Source: Rhynchobatus australiae (taxonomy: Eukaryota). Taken from it: a DNA stretch of 64,000 bases. The notes under the pieces are model-generated. The model ran no database searches. It had not been told where the DNA came from and saw nothing but the letters and a program-made list of their open reading frames with translations. The stretch is taken from NCBI GenBank assembly GCA_034780895.1, contig JAUZTB010000107.1:67806960-67870959 (forward strand). The letters run 5' to 3'. Made by a program: the position numbers and the translations under genes. This document shows, one piece after another, positions 25,140-37,009 of this stretch (its first letter is position 1; each line of letters opens with the position of its first letter).

Positions 25140-28100
25140 TCGAATGGACCAGGACCGAAGAGATGTAACAAAGCTGCCTTGTTTAGGGGTGGACATTGGT
25201 TCTCCGTTTCGGAGCCAGTAGCATGTCATCACTGCCTTCAATGAACAATATTGACCCAATAGCAAATGCAGTAATATGATTTGAATGAGGAGATATGCTT
25301 AAAGAAACTGAACAAAAATAGCACTGGGAGTAATACAATACAGTTGGCCAATACCCTCTGTTAAAGCTTAGCTGTGTTAGATACTATCATGAATTTCTAA
25401 TTGCGTCTCTGGGTAAAGAGGTATTCGGGTTTCTTAGTAACAGAAAAGTGAAACAAAGCGCTTCTACAAAGCACAACATTTAACCTTTTTTTTTACATTA
25501 TTGAGGGGAAATAAAATCGTGCACACATGATTAAACATGTAAACACTCTAATTCTAGTGGTTTAAAAAATGTTATAATCCCTTAAAGGGATTGTTTTGGA
25601 GTTAGTTTTTACTGGTAACAGGGTCGACAGTATCTACCTTCAGTGAAGGAGGACTGAATTAGAATTGTGCAGGAAAACAAGGTTAGATGTATATGTACTT
25701 ATTGATCCTAGGAGAATGTCTTTTGGAAACTTGTGTACTGATTCCCCCATGCTTCTGTTCACAGTTACATTTGAAATGTTCTGCTAGCACATTAATGTTT
25801 CTTTTAATTGTGTGTGTATATTTGTCAGTGATGTAAGTTTGACTATTGTTGAGTTTTGTCTTTCTTTTGAATAAACTTTTACCACTTTTAAATGACTGTC
25901 TACTAAATTATACACTATGCCACCTTCCTGCACCATTAAATGTTACAGAGGTCCAGTACTACTTCAGTTTATGGCAATAGAGCACCTTTTTAACATTAAA
26001 AAAGATTCCAAGGTGTTTCACCAGCAACATTAGCAGGCAATATTTGACACCGGCCTCTGAAGGAAATATTGAGGCTACTGACCAAAAATCTTGGCCGGAG
26101 AAGTAAGTTTTAATAAACATCTTAAGGGAGGTAATTCCAGGGTTGACTTTGCTAAATTAGTGGGAGCTATACCTTGTAGTTGTGTATTCTTCACAGCATG
26201 TATTGGTACAAAATGTATCAGATGAGAGAAGACTTGAATTTCTCATGGTTCTCAAGCCAAGATGCTACACCTGAACCATTGTGTGATACCATGATGGAAG
26301 TAGTTCTCTATATGTTCTAACAAGATAACCTGTTCATATTTTACTGGATGTAACATGAGTAAAAGTAATACAGGGCCTGAATATGTGGGTAACCAAATTA
26401 CTAGGTCCTAAAATCTACTATAACATTTCCCAAATAAGTCCTTCAAGAACTGTGATGCTTATTCAAATGAAGCCAGAGTCGGAAATGGGGAAATAATCAA
26501 AATATAATGTCATTCATACTAGTAAGTTGTAAAAACCTATTGTCTGAATTAGCTGTGACTTATGTGACATTATTTGGAAGAAATAACACTGCAATTTATT
26601 AGTGTGTGTGTGTACACTGTTACAGAATGCAATAGAATTGTTACTTTTGCCTCCATTTTCCAAGGTTTGCATATGCATTGTCACGAAATTTGTGTCAGCT
26701 CTACAATCAAGCCCTAATCTCACGACTGTATTCAGTGTAATCAACAGTGTAAGACTTCTCAGAGATTATTTGATATTAGTTTAAAAGAGGAAGAATTTAA
26801 AAGCAAAGCTGTATTTCAAAGGTTTTGGGAAGTTTTGTTTTGGCTAAACTTCAAACATACTTCATTGGCTGTAAAGCACTTGGGAAGACCAAAGGCCATG
26901 ATTGGCATTATATGAATGCAAGTCCATTTCCTGGATTACTCATGCAATTTGTATCAGTGTTTTGTATGTTTGAATGCTCAGTGAAAATAAAGAGTCATAC
27001 CTGCTCTCTTTGTTGTCCATGAGTATAGCTCTGACAATAGTGGTTCCTGGATATTTTTCTGAGGGTCCTTGGTGTGATTTGGAGTTGGCAGTACAAGTAT
27101 AATATGTTGTTTGCACATTACACTTCATGAATAGTTGGTAACTGGAGTACCACCATGGCCTTAAGAAGGTAAATAGATTTGGTAGGGTAGAATGCAAAGC
27201 TTCAGTGCGATACATATTTGTTCTATACCAGAAAGTACTTTCTTTAAATTGTATGCATGTTTTTACATTTTGAAACTTGCATCTGATGCTATTGCAATTT
27301 GCCATATAAACACAATTCCAAGCATATATGAATAATACAATGATATCAAGGGTAGCAATTGGGGATTGGTAGAGAAAACCCTGCGTTATAACTCTGGCCA
27401 GGAAGAAATGTTATTCTCATTGACACTCAAACTGGTTACATTTTGACAAAATATAATGTACATGGTAGTTAATTCTCTGTTAAATTTAAATAGATTAAGA
27501 ATAAAAAAAACTTCTATATTTATAATGGCAACATCTCTAATTTGAAACCAGAAAAAGGTCTCAAGGCTGTTCATTTCCATTGCTGAAGTTTGAATCTAAT
27601 GGCTTTACGACTGAATTACACCTTTGCATAAATGCGCAGCCAGAGTCACATATATGAGTACAACTGGTCTTGAAAAATGTGACGAATATTTAGTGTTTTG
27701 ATTTTTAGAATTTATTTTAATAGAGGGCTGACAAAAGTGATTAACACAGCTAGCCAGATATTTTGGAGTTCTTGTCCTTTGGGATAGGGATGCGCTTGAC
27801 AGAATTTCCACTATGGAGGCCACAGAGCAGAATGAGCTTGGGTGTAATAAGACAAAGTGTTTTCGTCCTCGCATTCCAACTTCATACACATTTTAGCAAA
27901 GTAAATACCTAAATTAATATTCTAAAAGCTTATGCATATTTGGTCAGCATTTATAACAGGAGGGTGTAGCTGTAGTATAATAAGAAGGGTACTATTACAG
28001 TTGTACAGATTTAGATTATAGATGTCAACATATGAATCAAAAGGAATCCAAAGTGAACAATATGCACAACTTTAAAATAGCAACTACGTTATATCTGCCT

Positions 28101-28305
28101 GCACTGATTCAGTTACCCCTTAGCCATTGGTTTGTTGTGGAATATCACAGGAGATTGACAATGTAGTAGATAATTGTGATAAATAATCTAAAATGCTGAG
28201 GAAAGAGATCTTTGGAGTTTCTATTCCTAATGACCAGCATTTGAAATGATCTGATTGACTCAACCAGCTGTTATGCCTAAATTCCTAAAGGACCTCAATA
28301 AACAT

Positions 28306-28530
28306 AGATTTTATAAGAGAAATAGCGAGCGAGGGCTTGGTAACAAAGATAGCTAAATTAACACCATGAGTTAGTCAATGCAGTTTTTAAAAATTCTGTG
28401 TTGCAAAATGAAAAAGGATCATGAAAAATACAGATTTTGCAAGAGAAATAGTGAGGGTTCAATAACTAAGATAGCTAAATCAACATTGTGATTTAGTCAA
28501 TGGAGATTTAAAAATTTCCATGCTACAAAT
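28306..28530. repeat. Diverged tandem duplication, period ~126 bp
   Basis: AGATTTT..AAGAGAAATAG...AAGATAGCTAAAT.AACA...TTAGTCAATG.AG.TTT.AAAATT occurs starting at 28306 and again at 28432. Confidence 0.75.
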
Positions 28531-30060
28531 CTTGACCTAGTTTCGTACGAACATCAACTTAGAAAATATCAACATAAAATGTTCTTGTTCATATCCCTTT
28601 ATCCCAGAATAAAAGCATTTGACTGGCTTGCATCAAAATCTTTTCTTCAGCTATTTTTGCCCAACCTTGAATATATGTCCTCCCTAGAAGTAGGGGTCTT
28701 AGTTCATTTTAAAGAGAAACTTACAACATTTTATAAACATGTAAAACTGTGCTATTTAATAAGTAGAACTTATTTCAATCAAGCCTTTGAAATGTTTTCA
28801 ATAGATTTGGCCAATATGTAATACTCCAGACACCACAATAAATTGTACTTACATACATAATAAAATGTCCCTATGGTCTCCACGTTAGAATTCTGAATTA
28901 ATATTTGATATTTAATTACTGAAGGAGGTATTATTGTAGGTGAATAAAAAGCTTGGTCAGAAAGACAGGTTTTGATAATTAAGAGTAGGAGAGGTTGAGA
29001 GACAAGGAGACTTAAGGTAGAACTTGAGAGCTTATGATGTAGGCAACTGAAGCCATAGCCACCGATGACAGAATGATGAAAATAGGGAAAAACTGGTTGA
29101 GCTCAGAGGAGTGGAGAAAGTTATAGAGGTAGAGGAAGATGAGGACATAGAACAATGTTTAATGTTTTTTTTAAATCAAGGTATTATCAAACAGGAAGCC
29201 AGTATAAGTTTGTAAGCACCAGGATGGTGGGTAAACAGAACTTGATGACAGTAATCCTTTGCTGTCAGATCACCACAGGCCTGTTTTAATGATTGCTCTT
29301 TACAGCAGTTCTGAAATAAATAGAATGGATTTTGACTGTTGATTGTTTTAAAAGAGTAATAGCCAATTTCCAAACTTTGATATTTCATCAAATTCTGATG
29401 CATTTGATGAAATAAACATCACTGGCAGCATTTCATGTTGCCTATTCTTTTTGCTCTCAAAGGCACCATTTTATTCAACTCTTATTCCTTGAGATGACTG
29501 TACCCCTATGATGATGTTGGGTAGGTAAGTTTGAGATGGCTTTTATGGTATCAAAAGAACACATGCAATTCAGAATAGTGCTGACAGTTTCTTGCCAGTG
29601 ATGGAGGTCTCAGCTTGGAGAGGAGGGGAGCAGTCAAAGTGGGCTCAGCTAGCTGGTGGAGTAAATCCTAGACATTGATGCAGTGCAGCTTGGTGGCAGA
29701 GGAGGCTGTTGATCAAGCAGGAATCTTTTATCATGGATGGTGGCTGAAGATTACTATTGTTTGATACATGATGGAGATAAAAAAGGATGGTGCACAACAC
29801 GTAGACTGGCACAGTGTTGATAAGGGCTGGTGGAGTTATATTTTCAAATTATAATGACCACTTCATAAAATATTTCAAATCCAAATTGTTTTAGGATTTT
29901 GTCACAAATTCTTACTCCTTCATTGGTAACAACACCTTTACTTTACACTAATAATAACTGTAACTATTGTATGCTCAGAAAATATATATAATTGTAATAC
30001 TAGAATGCCATTTTTAAAATTACCTTCATATTATATTGTTTAAAATTCTTCCCTATTTAA

Positions 30061-30325
30061 ATCATAGAGTCATAGAGTGTGGGAGCAAGCCCTTCAGCCC
30101 ATTGCATCTGTGCCAGCCATCAAGTAGCCACTCATCTAAACCAGTGCCACTTAACCTACCAGCCTACACATCTTTGACATGTGGGAAGAAACCAGAGCAC
30201 CCAGGGGAAATCCATGCTGTCACAGGGAGCATATGCAAAGTCCACACAGACTGCACCCAAGGTCAAGGTCAAAACTTGGGCTCTGGAGCTGTGAGGCAGC
30301 ACTGTTAACTGCAATGCCATTGTGG
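30061..30325 (-). mobile_element. HE1/V-SINE-like tRNA-derived SINE with CR1-type tail
   Basis: On the minus strand: head ...TGCTGCCTCACAGCTCCAGAGCCC..., V-domain-like GGATTTCCCCTGGGTGCTCTGGTTTCTTCCCACAT, tail CTCTATGACTCTATGAT. Confidence 0.8.
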
Positions 30326-33300
30326 CAGTCAGCAGTTTGAATTCATATTCAGATATTGCTTAGTACTCATTATTTGTAATTTGACAATTAATCATCGCTC
30401 AAATGTTCCTTTATAAAAGTAAGTAAGAGAATAATTAAATGCATAAAGAAGTACAAGATCACAAGGCAAATACGGGGATTGACACTGTATCAAGAAAGCA
30501 CAGAGAGAATCAGAATCAGGTTTATTATCACTGACATATGTTGTGAAATTTCTTGTTTTGCTGCAGCAGTGCAGTGCAAGACATTAAAAATTATTATAAG
30601 TTCCCCAAAAATAAGTTGTTTTAAGACTTTGTCACAAATTCTTCATTAAAGTGGAATAATGAGGTAGAACTTATGGGTTCANNNNNNNNNNNNNNNNNNN
30701 NNNNNNNNNNNNNNNNNNNNNNNNNNNNNNNNNNNNNNNTGGGTCTTCAGGCTCCTGTACCTCCTCCCTGATGGTAGTAATGAGAAGAGGGCATGTCCCA
30801 GATGGTGAGGGTCCTTATTATTTATTCTATGGACTGATTTCTTTGCTCATTCTTTATGACAGTTGAGACAATCTGAGCAGAACATCATAGAAGCATTAAA
30901 TATACTTGAGACAATTGCATAATTTCTACAAAGTTCTGTAACAAACAGTGCCAAGGAAAGTTTCTGATGGCCAAAATAAATGCCGTGTCCTGAGAAGTTA
31001 CTTTGAAATGAGCCATTTAAAGTTGAATGCAAATACAGGGAAAGATGAGTGTGATCTGTGAAAGGTCAGCTCTCTATTTAGATGAATTGTTGTTTTTACA
31101 TCAAAGCTCCTACTCCAATTCATTGCATAAAAGAACCTCTTCACCCTATCCTTTGTAAAGCTATCACCTTATCTTGTCCTTGAAACAATGTGCCAATATT
31201 GACACCAATTCAGAAACAACAACTGTTAAAGAGACAGCAGAGAAAGGATAAATTATCCTGCCAGGATTCTGTTGAGCAGACAAGGGCCTTATAAGTTCTC
31301 TATTTCATCCGCAGGAAATAATTCCTTAAATATTTAAAAAAGAACTTTCCTGTATCCAACTCACTTTTTCTGAAGAAAAAAAAGACACACATCATTGTTC
31401 CCATTTCTGTTTTCTAGACACTTGGCTGAAACCTGGAGCAGGGGGAAGATTTTGATCCAGTGACTTAGAGGAAGGCATTTTGAGTTGGGTTCACAAGAGG
31501 AGAAATAGATGACATCCCCTCCCCCTCCCCATTTCTGTGGCCATTTATAAAAAGAGTGAAATTCTGTTATTTTTATTCCACCCATTCCCTTCAAAGTCAT
31601 TTCAATCTGACTGCGGTAAACAGATGTCCCTTTTGTGTTAGTTGCACCATAAATTTCTAAGAATTGATGAAAAAAGGGCTCTTCAGCTTTCCAATGCAAT
31701 ACTTTGCCACTGTTATATATTAAAACAATCTCTCCCTGCTGTCTGACTTACTGCAGCTTCAGCTCAGTATGATTTTACAAACTAACCATTTTTAACTATT
31801 GCTATAAAGGAACTCTTGGGCTAGATTGTTCTTGCTTATCCAGAAAAGTCAGACCTGTTACTGAAATTGTGGCTACTTGGAACTCCTGACAGTATGATTC
31901 TGATAACCTTTAATGAAAGTACAGTAGCCAATTAGACCAAATATAGCAGCCAGTTATAACCATTAATTATTTCTTCTCCAGCAGTTAAGACACCACTTAA
32001 CTCATCCTATTATTGAAAGTATCAGCAGCTCAGCTGTGAAGATAATTTTAAGAAAAAGCAAGCTATACAAAATTCAGGAGAGTTGATTTACTGATGAGAT
32101 TCTGCCTACATTGGTATTGTTAGATATAGACCAATAACCAATGCATTTATTACTTGGGGACATTTGTCAAATTTGATGGTGGAACAAGGAAAACGTGATA
32201 TCACCAGTAGCACATTCACTGCCATAATCTCAGAAGTATGGAAGTAGGTCTGACTTTACTGACTATGACATACATAAGAACACAAAGGTTGCAAACAAAA
32301 TATGACTGCAACATCTGTACCTGGAACATACTAATTGTTTGGCACACAGCATATTGCAACAACAGAAAGAAGTATCAGAATGTATCCAGTAAGAAAGAAG
32401 TATAACAGGATTATAGAACATGTATTAGAAGTTCCATGATGAGAAAATAAATATTTTGCAGAAAATTATTTATTTTGGTTAAACTATTCTGTTAGAGTTC
32501 TCTTAGTTGTTACTTTTAATGGTAACATTAACATGTAGCAATGTGGAAGAATTGCCTGATCAGCTCTGGAAACCCAAACCAATTTCTGTCACCTTTACCT
32601 AACTTCCACAAAACTGCATCCTTTCCACTGTCAAAAACCTTGGGGTCTTGTTGTGTTACCTGTAAAACCACTTAGCCAAATGGGGTAGCTGATGGTTAAA
32701 TATGTTCCTGTCAAAGTATTTATTGGCATAGAAAATACTCAACTAATTTAATTCAATTAAAGTATTTCACAACTGTTATATTACTTATTGTAATATATTT
32801 ATAGCTTTCCACACCTCTGTGATATCATAAACATTCACAGTCCTAACATGGTATCTTCCCATCACTTTGATTCCCAATTCTTGCTTTTGGCATTTTCTCT
32901 TCTCCCTTAATCACAACATAAGTGGATGAGACTTTAGTCACTCTCTCCCTAAGGCCTTCTATCCTACTTTTCCCTCCTTTGAAAATCTTGACCTGAACAC
33001 AACCTTTCAGCCATTTGCTATCTTTTCCCAATTTCCCTTTATGCTTGATATCTATTGCTTTGCTTTATTTTCCATTCCCCTCATTTTTGAATATTTTGTA
33101 TGTTAAAGATGCAAGATCAGTGCAAGTTGTTTAACACATGTATTCACTCCTACTGGGCTCCTGAGATTGATCCATGATGATTTATCTATAAAACATTCTT
33201 GGAAATGAATACCAATATTATTGATAAAGTTTGTAAGAAGTAGGTTAGATCAGCAGTCTGCTATTATCTTCCAATTTGCTAGCCAGACAAAACTGACAAT

Positions 33301-33782
33301 TGAGTGAAGAAAACCTCTAAAGATGAACACAGTGAAAGTCATGAAATGCATAAGCGGAACAAAAATAGTATAACATTTNNNNNNNNNNNNNNNNNNNNNN
33401 NNNNNNNNNNNNNNNNNNNNNNNNNNNNNNNNNNNNNNNNNNNNNNNNNNNNNNNNNNNNNNNNNNNNNNNNNNNNNNGGGGAGAACGTACAAACTCCTT
33501 ACAGACAGTGGCCGGAATTGAACCCAGGTCGCTAACCGCTATACTACTGTCTTAATTGGGTATTTAAATTTATATACTTGCTGCAATGGCTGTACAAGCA
33601 CTTATTATCAGAGCACTCAATTTTCTTGGGGTTTTGCTATTTGGAAGAGATGAAATCATTCTTGTAGAATTATCAGGAAATGCTTTACATGTAGGAGTAC
33701 CAAGTAATTGCAAATTGGCTTAAAGCAGGCTGTCACTGAGTGATGAAGTAGTGAATTGAGCTCATTGAATTAAAGCAAAGTA

Positions 33783-34166
33783 CAGGAGGACTTCAATAAT
33801 CTGACATCTGGAAATCCTGATTGTTCAGCACCTGGTGCACTCATTGATCTGCAGTGTGAGCTGGGGGTCTGGAGTGTGGCTGGAGCTGGGGTTGGGGTTT
33901 TGGCCTGGCTATGCAGCCTGAGCCTGGTTTGGGGTCTGGGAACACCAGGAGTCAGGCTAGGTTTGTGGCCAGAGAGCCAGGATTTGGAGTACCTGCTCCC
34001 TTTAAACTCACTGGGCTCACTCAAAAATTTATTAACCTGCTGAGTAGCATGTTAACAAAAGTGAAATAAAAGTGTGTTTGAGTATTAGTAGGAGTAACAT
34101 CAATTAGTTTGGAACATCTGCTAGTCCAGAAATACCCCAAATTGCCAGATAATTGGAGCTTTACTG
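33783..34166. mobile_element. Tc1/mariner-pogo (Tigger-like) MITE
   Basis: Degenerate TIRs CAGGAGGACTTCAATAATCTG / CAGATAATTGGAGCTTTACTG with TA on both sides. Internal sequence is shared with 47261-47627. Confidence 0.6.
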
Positions 34167-34730
34167 TACTGCAAATATTAGAAACCTGAAATAACAACAC
34201 TTACTGCTCAAATTCTCAAAGCAGACAGCACTTTTGAGAAAAAAACAGAGTTACTGTTTATGATTAATGATCTTCCATCAAAATCAATCTCATGACTTCG
34301 CTGATCTGAATTTTGTAAAAGGACAGTCTAGGAAGTTTATAATAATTAATTAACAGGATACCAAAATGCTGATGTTTAATGCTCTGGCTCCGACAGTGGC
34401 TTGGTAAGTTTATGCAATGAGGCACTGAACTTTGGTGAACAAGGCTCCAGGTACAATTCCAACTTTGTTCCGTGTTATGTGAGATCAAACCTGGATACAC
34501 AGAGGATCTGTAATTACTGTCAGTACATACATTTAGAGGATCAACCAAGTTACTGATTACTTCCGAGCAGCTGTGGCTGAAAAATACACATGGGAGTACA
34601 CTGGGTGAGGAAACAATTACATTTAACCTGTGACGTGGTTACGGACACGTTCTTTTTCAAGAATATAGTGTATGTTGTGGACGCGTTTTCAGTAACTCTT
34701 CAGCACACCTTGTTCAAGAAAGGCTCTAAG

Positions 34731-36006
34731 AATGGCTTTGTGTGTGGTAGGTCATGTCTAACCAATCTTATAGAGTTCTTCGAGGAGGTTACCAAGAAGG
34801 TCGATGAGGGAAAGGCCGTGGATATGGTCTACATGGACTTTCGCAAGGCCTTTGACAAAGTTCCATATGGGAGGCTGCTCCAGAAGGTTAAGTCACTTGA
34901 CAGTAAGGATCAAGTAGCCAATTGGATTCAACATTGGCTTACTAGGAGAAGCCAGAGAGTGGTGGTAGATGGTTGTCTCTCTGACTGGAGACCTGTGACT
35001 AGTGGTGTGCTGCAGGAATCGGGGCTGGGTCTGTTGTCGTTTATCATCTATATTAATGATTTAGATGATAATGTGGAAACTGGATCAGCAAAGTTGTGGA
35101 TGACACCAGGATTGGGGGCGTAGTGGATAGCGAGGAAGGCTATCAAAGCTTGTGGCGTGATCTTGACCGGCTAGGAAAATGGGCTGAAAAATGACGGTTC
35201 AAATTTAATGCAGACAAGTGTGAGGTGACGCACTTTGGGAAGACAAACCAGGGTAAGACTTGCACAGTGAATGGTAGAGCTCTGAAGTGTGCAGTAGAAC
35301 GAAGGGACCAGGGAATACAAGTCCATAGTTCCTTTAAGGTGGCATCACAGGTAGATAGGGTCATAAAGAGAGCTTTTGGCACTTTGGCCTTCATAAATCA
35401 GGGCATTGAGTATAGAAGTTGAGATGTTATGTTGAAGTTGTACAAGATGTTGGTGAGGCCGTATTTGGAATATTGTGTGCATTCTGGTCACATAACTACA
35501 GGAAAGATATCAATAAGGTTGAAAGAGCGCAGAGAAAATATACAAGGATGTTGCCACAACTTGAGGACCTGAGTTATAGGGAAAAGTTGAATAGGTTAGG
35601 ACTTTATTCCCTGGAGCACAGGAGAATGAGAGGAGATCTTATAGAGGTATACAGAATTATGAGGGGTATACATTTGGTGAATGTATGCAGGCTTTTTCCC
35701 CTAAGGTTGGGTGAGTCTAGAACTAGAGGTCATAGATTTCCAGTGAAAGGTGAAATACTTAAGGGGAATCTGAGGGGAACTTCTTCACTCAGAAGGTGGT
35801 GCGAGTGTGGAACGAGCTACCTGTGGAAGTGGTAGATATAGGTTCAATTGTAAGATTTAAAAGAAGTTTAGATAGGTACGTGATGGGAGGGGTTGGGAGG
35901 GAAATGGTCTGGGTGCAGGCAGATGGGATGAGGCAGAAGATCAGGTCAGTATGGATTAGATGGGCAGATGGGCCTGTTTCTGTGCTGTAGTACTCTATGA
36001 CTCTAC
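34731..36006 (+). mobile_element. 5'-truncated, relatively young CR1 LINE (RT domain to 3' tail)
   Basis: GFVCGRSCLTNLIEFFEEVTKKVDEGKAVDMVYMDFRKAFDKVP...WRPVTSGVLQESGLG...IYINDLD, then HFGKTNQGK, RLGLYSLEHRRMRGDLIEVYRIMRG. It ends in TACTCTATGACTCTA. Frameshifts and stops are present. Confidence 0.93.
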
Positions 36007-36184
36007 AATGATTGACAACATTTAAAACTTTTATACTTCTGCTACTTATTCAACTAATTTTAAGCAAATATTTTGAACATTTATATGAACTTTTAGCTGG
36101 AAGATATATAACTGGAAAACTGATGTACGAAACAAATACATTGAAATTCAGAGTAAAAGAGAGAATTCAACCCTCAGACTTATA

Positions 36185-36318
36185 AAACTGGAGCACCTGA
36201 GGAAACCCATGTGGTCATGGAGAAAATGTGCAACCTCTGTACAGACAGCACCCAAGGTTAGGATCAATCCCAGGTCTCTGGAGCTGTGAGGCAGCAGCAC
36301 TAACCGCTGCACCACTGT
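36185..36318 (-). mobile_element. HE1/V-SINE 5' part (tRNA-derived head)
   Basis: The minus strand CAGTGGTGCAGCGGTTAGTGCTGCTGCCTCACAGCTCCAGAGACCTGGGATTGATCC carries A-box and B-box-like motifs, followed by GGGTTTCCTCAGGTGCTCCAGTTT. Confidence 0.8.
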
Positions 36319-36775
36319 TCCACTCACCTTAAGTCAATACCAACCGGATTAATAGTACATCTACTCCAATAAAAATGTTACTATCTTTGTACTACCTCTA
36401 ACTACCCTGTGGTATGGGTGAAAGACTTCTGTACACAACATTTGAGTTTCTTGTTCTAGTTTCCTCCCTCTTCTCCCCTCTGCCTCTAACAATATTTCCC
36501 CAAATGGAAATACAATTCCATAGTACACTTCCAAGTGTCCATTCTTCACGTGAAAAGGGAACATCTATCAGGATTTTTAATTGTGACTTGGGTGACTTTA
36601 ATCCTGACTCCTTGGTGTTGGTGAGGGTGGAGGATAAATGATTTTAATCTCCTGGTTTTCTTAGTGTGAATATACACAACAAAAAAAAACCAGGTGATTA
36701 ATACTCAGAATTATGTTTAGAGACATGTTATTTAAATGCAAGATCATATATTAACAACAGATATAGATTTTGTTG

Positions 36776-37009
36776 ACACAAGAGAGACTGCAGATGCTGG
36801 AATCTGGAGCAACACACACAAAGTGCTGGAGGAACTCAGCAAGTCAGTCAGCATCTATGGAGGGAAATAAACAGTCGATATTTCAGGACGAGACCCTTCC
36901 TCAGGACTTAATATGATGAAGGGTCTCGGTTCAAAACATTGACTGTTCATTTCTCTTTATAGATGCTGCCTGACCCGCTGTGTTCCTCTAGCACTTTTGT
37001 GTGTGTTGC
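36776..37009. mobile_element. Palindromic Penelope-derived non-autonomous element carrying hammerhead motifs
   Basis: Inverted arms of ~95 bp (GCAACACACACAAAGTGCTGGAGGAACTCAGC... / ...GCTGTGTTCCTCTAGCACTTTTGTGTGTGTTGC) centred near 36908. Related fragments lie at ~11375, 42041, 43790, 51340, 53410, 58420 and 59190. Confidence 0.75.
36873..36908 (-). ncRNA. Minimal type I hammerhead ribozyme-like motif
   Basis: Minus strand AGTC-CTGAGGA-AGGG-TCTCG-TCCT-GAAA-TA-TC-GACT: 4-bp stem I, CUGANGA, stem II AGGG/UCCU, GAAA, palindromic mini-helix III (AUAU) and an AUC cleavage triplet. Activity not shown. Confidence 0.5.

Noticed and set aside
25175-25238. Two TGCCTT 6-mer miR-124 seed matches in the hes6 3'UTR
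   Set aside because: 6-mer matches are common by chance, and neither extends to a 7- or 8-mer.
34590-35123. 177-aa ORF with reverse transcriptase motifs as a possible domesticated gene
   Set aside because: It is a 5'-truncated CR1 fused by chance to an upstream ATG. It frameshifts before the catalytic FADD motif and has downstream stops.
36250-36318. tRNA-like A-box/B-box sequence as a tRNA gene
   Set aside because: It is the head of an HE1/V-SINE and continues directly into SINE body sequence.
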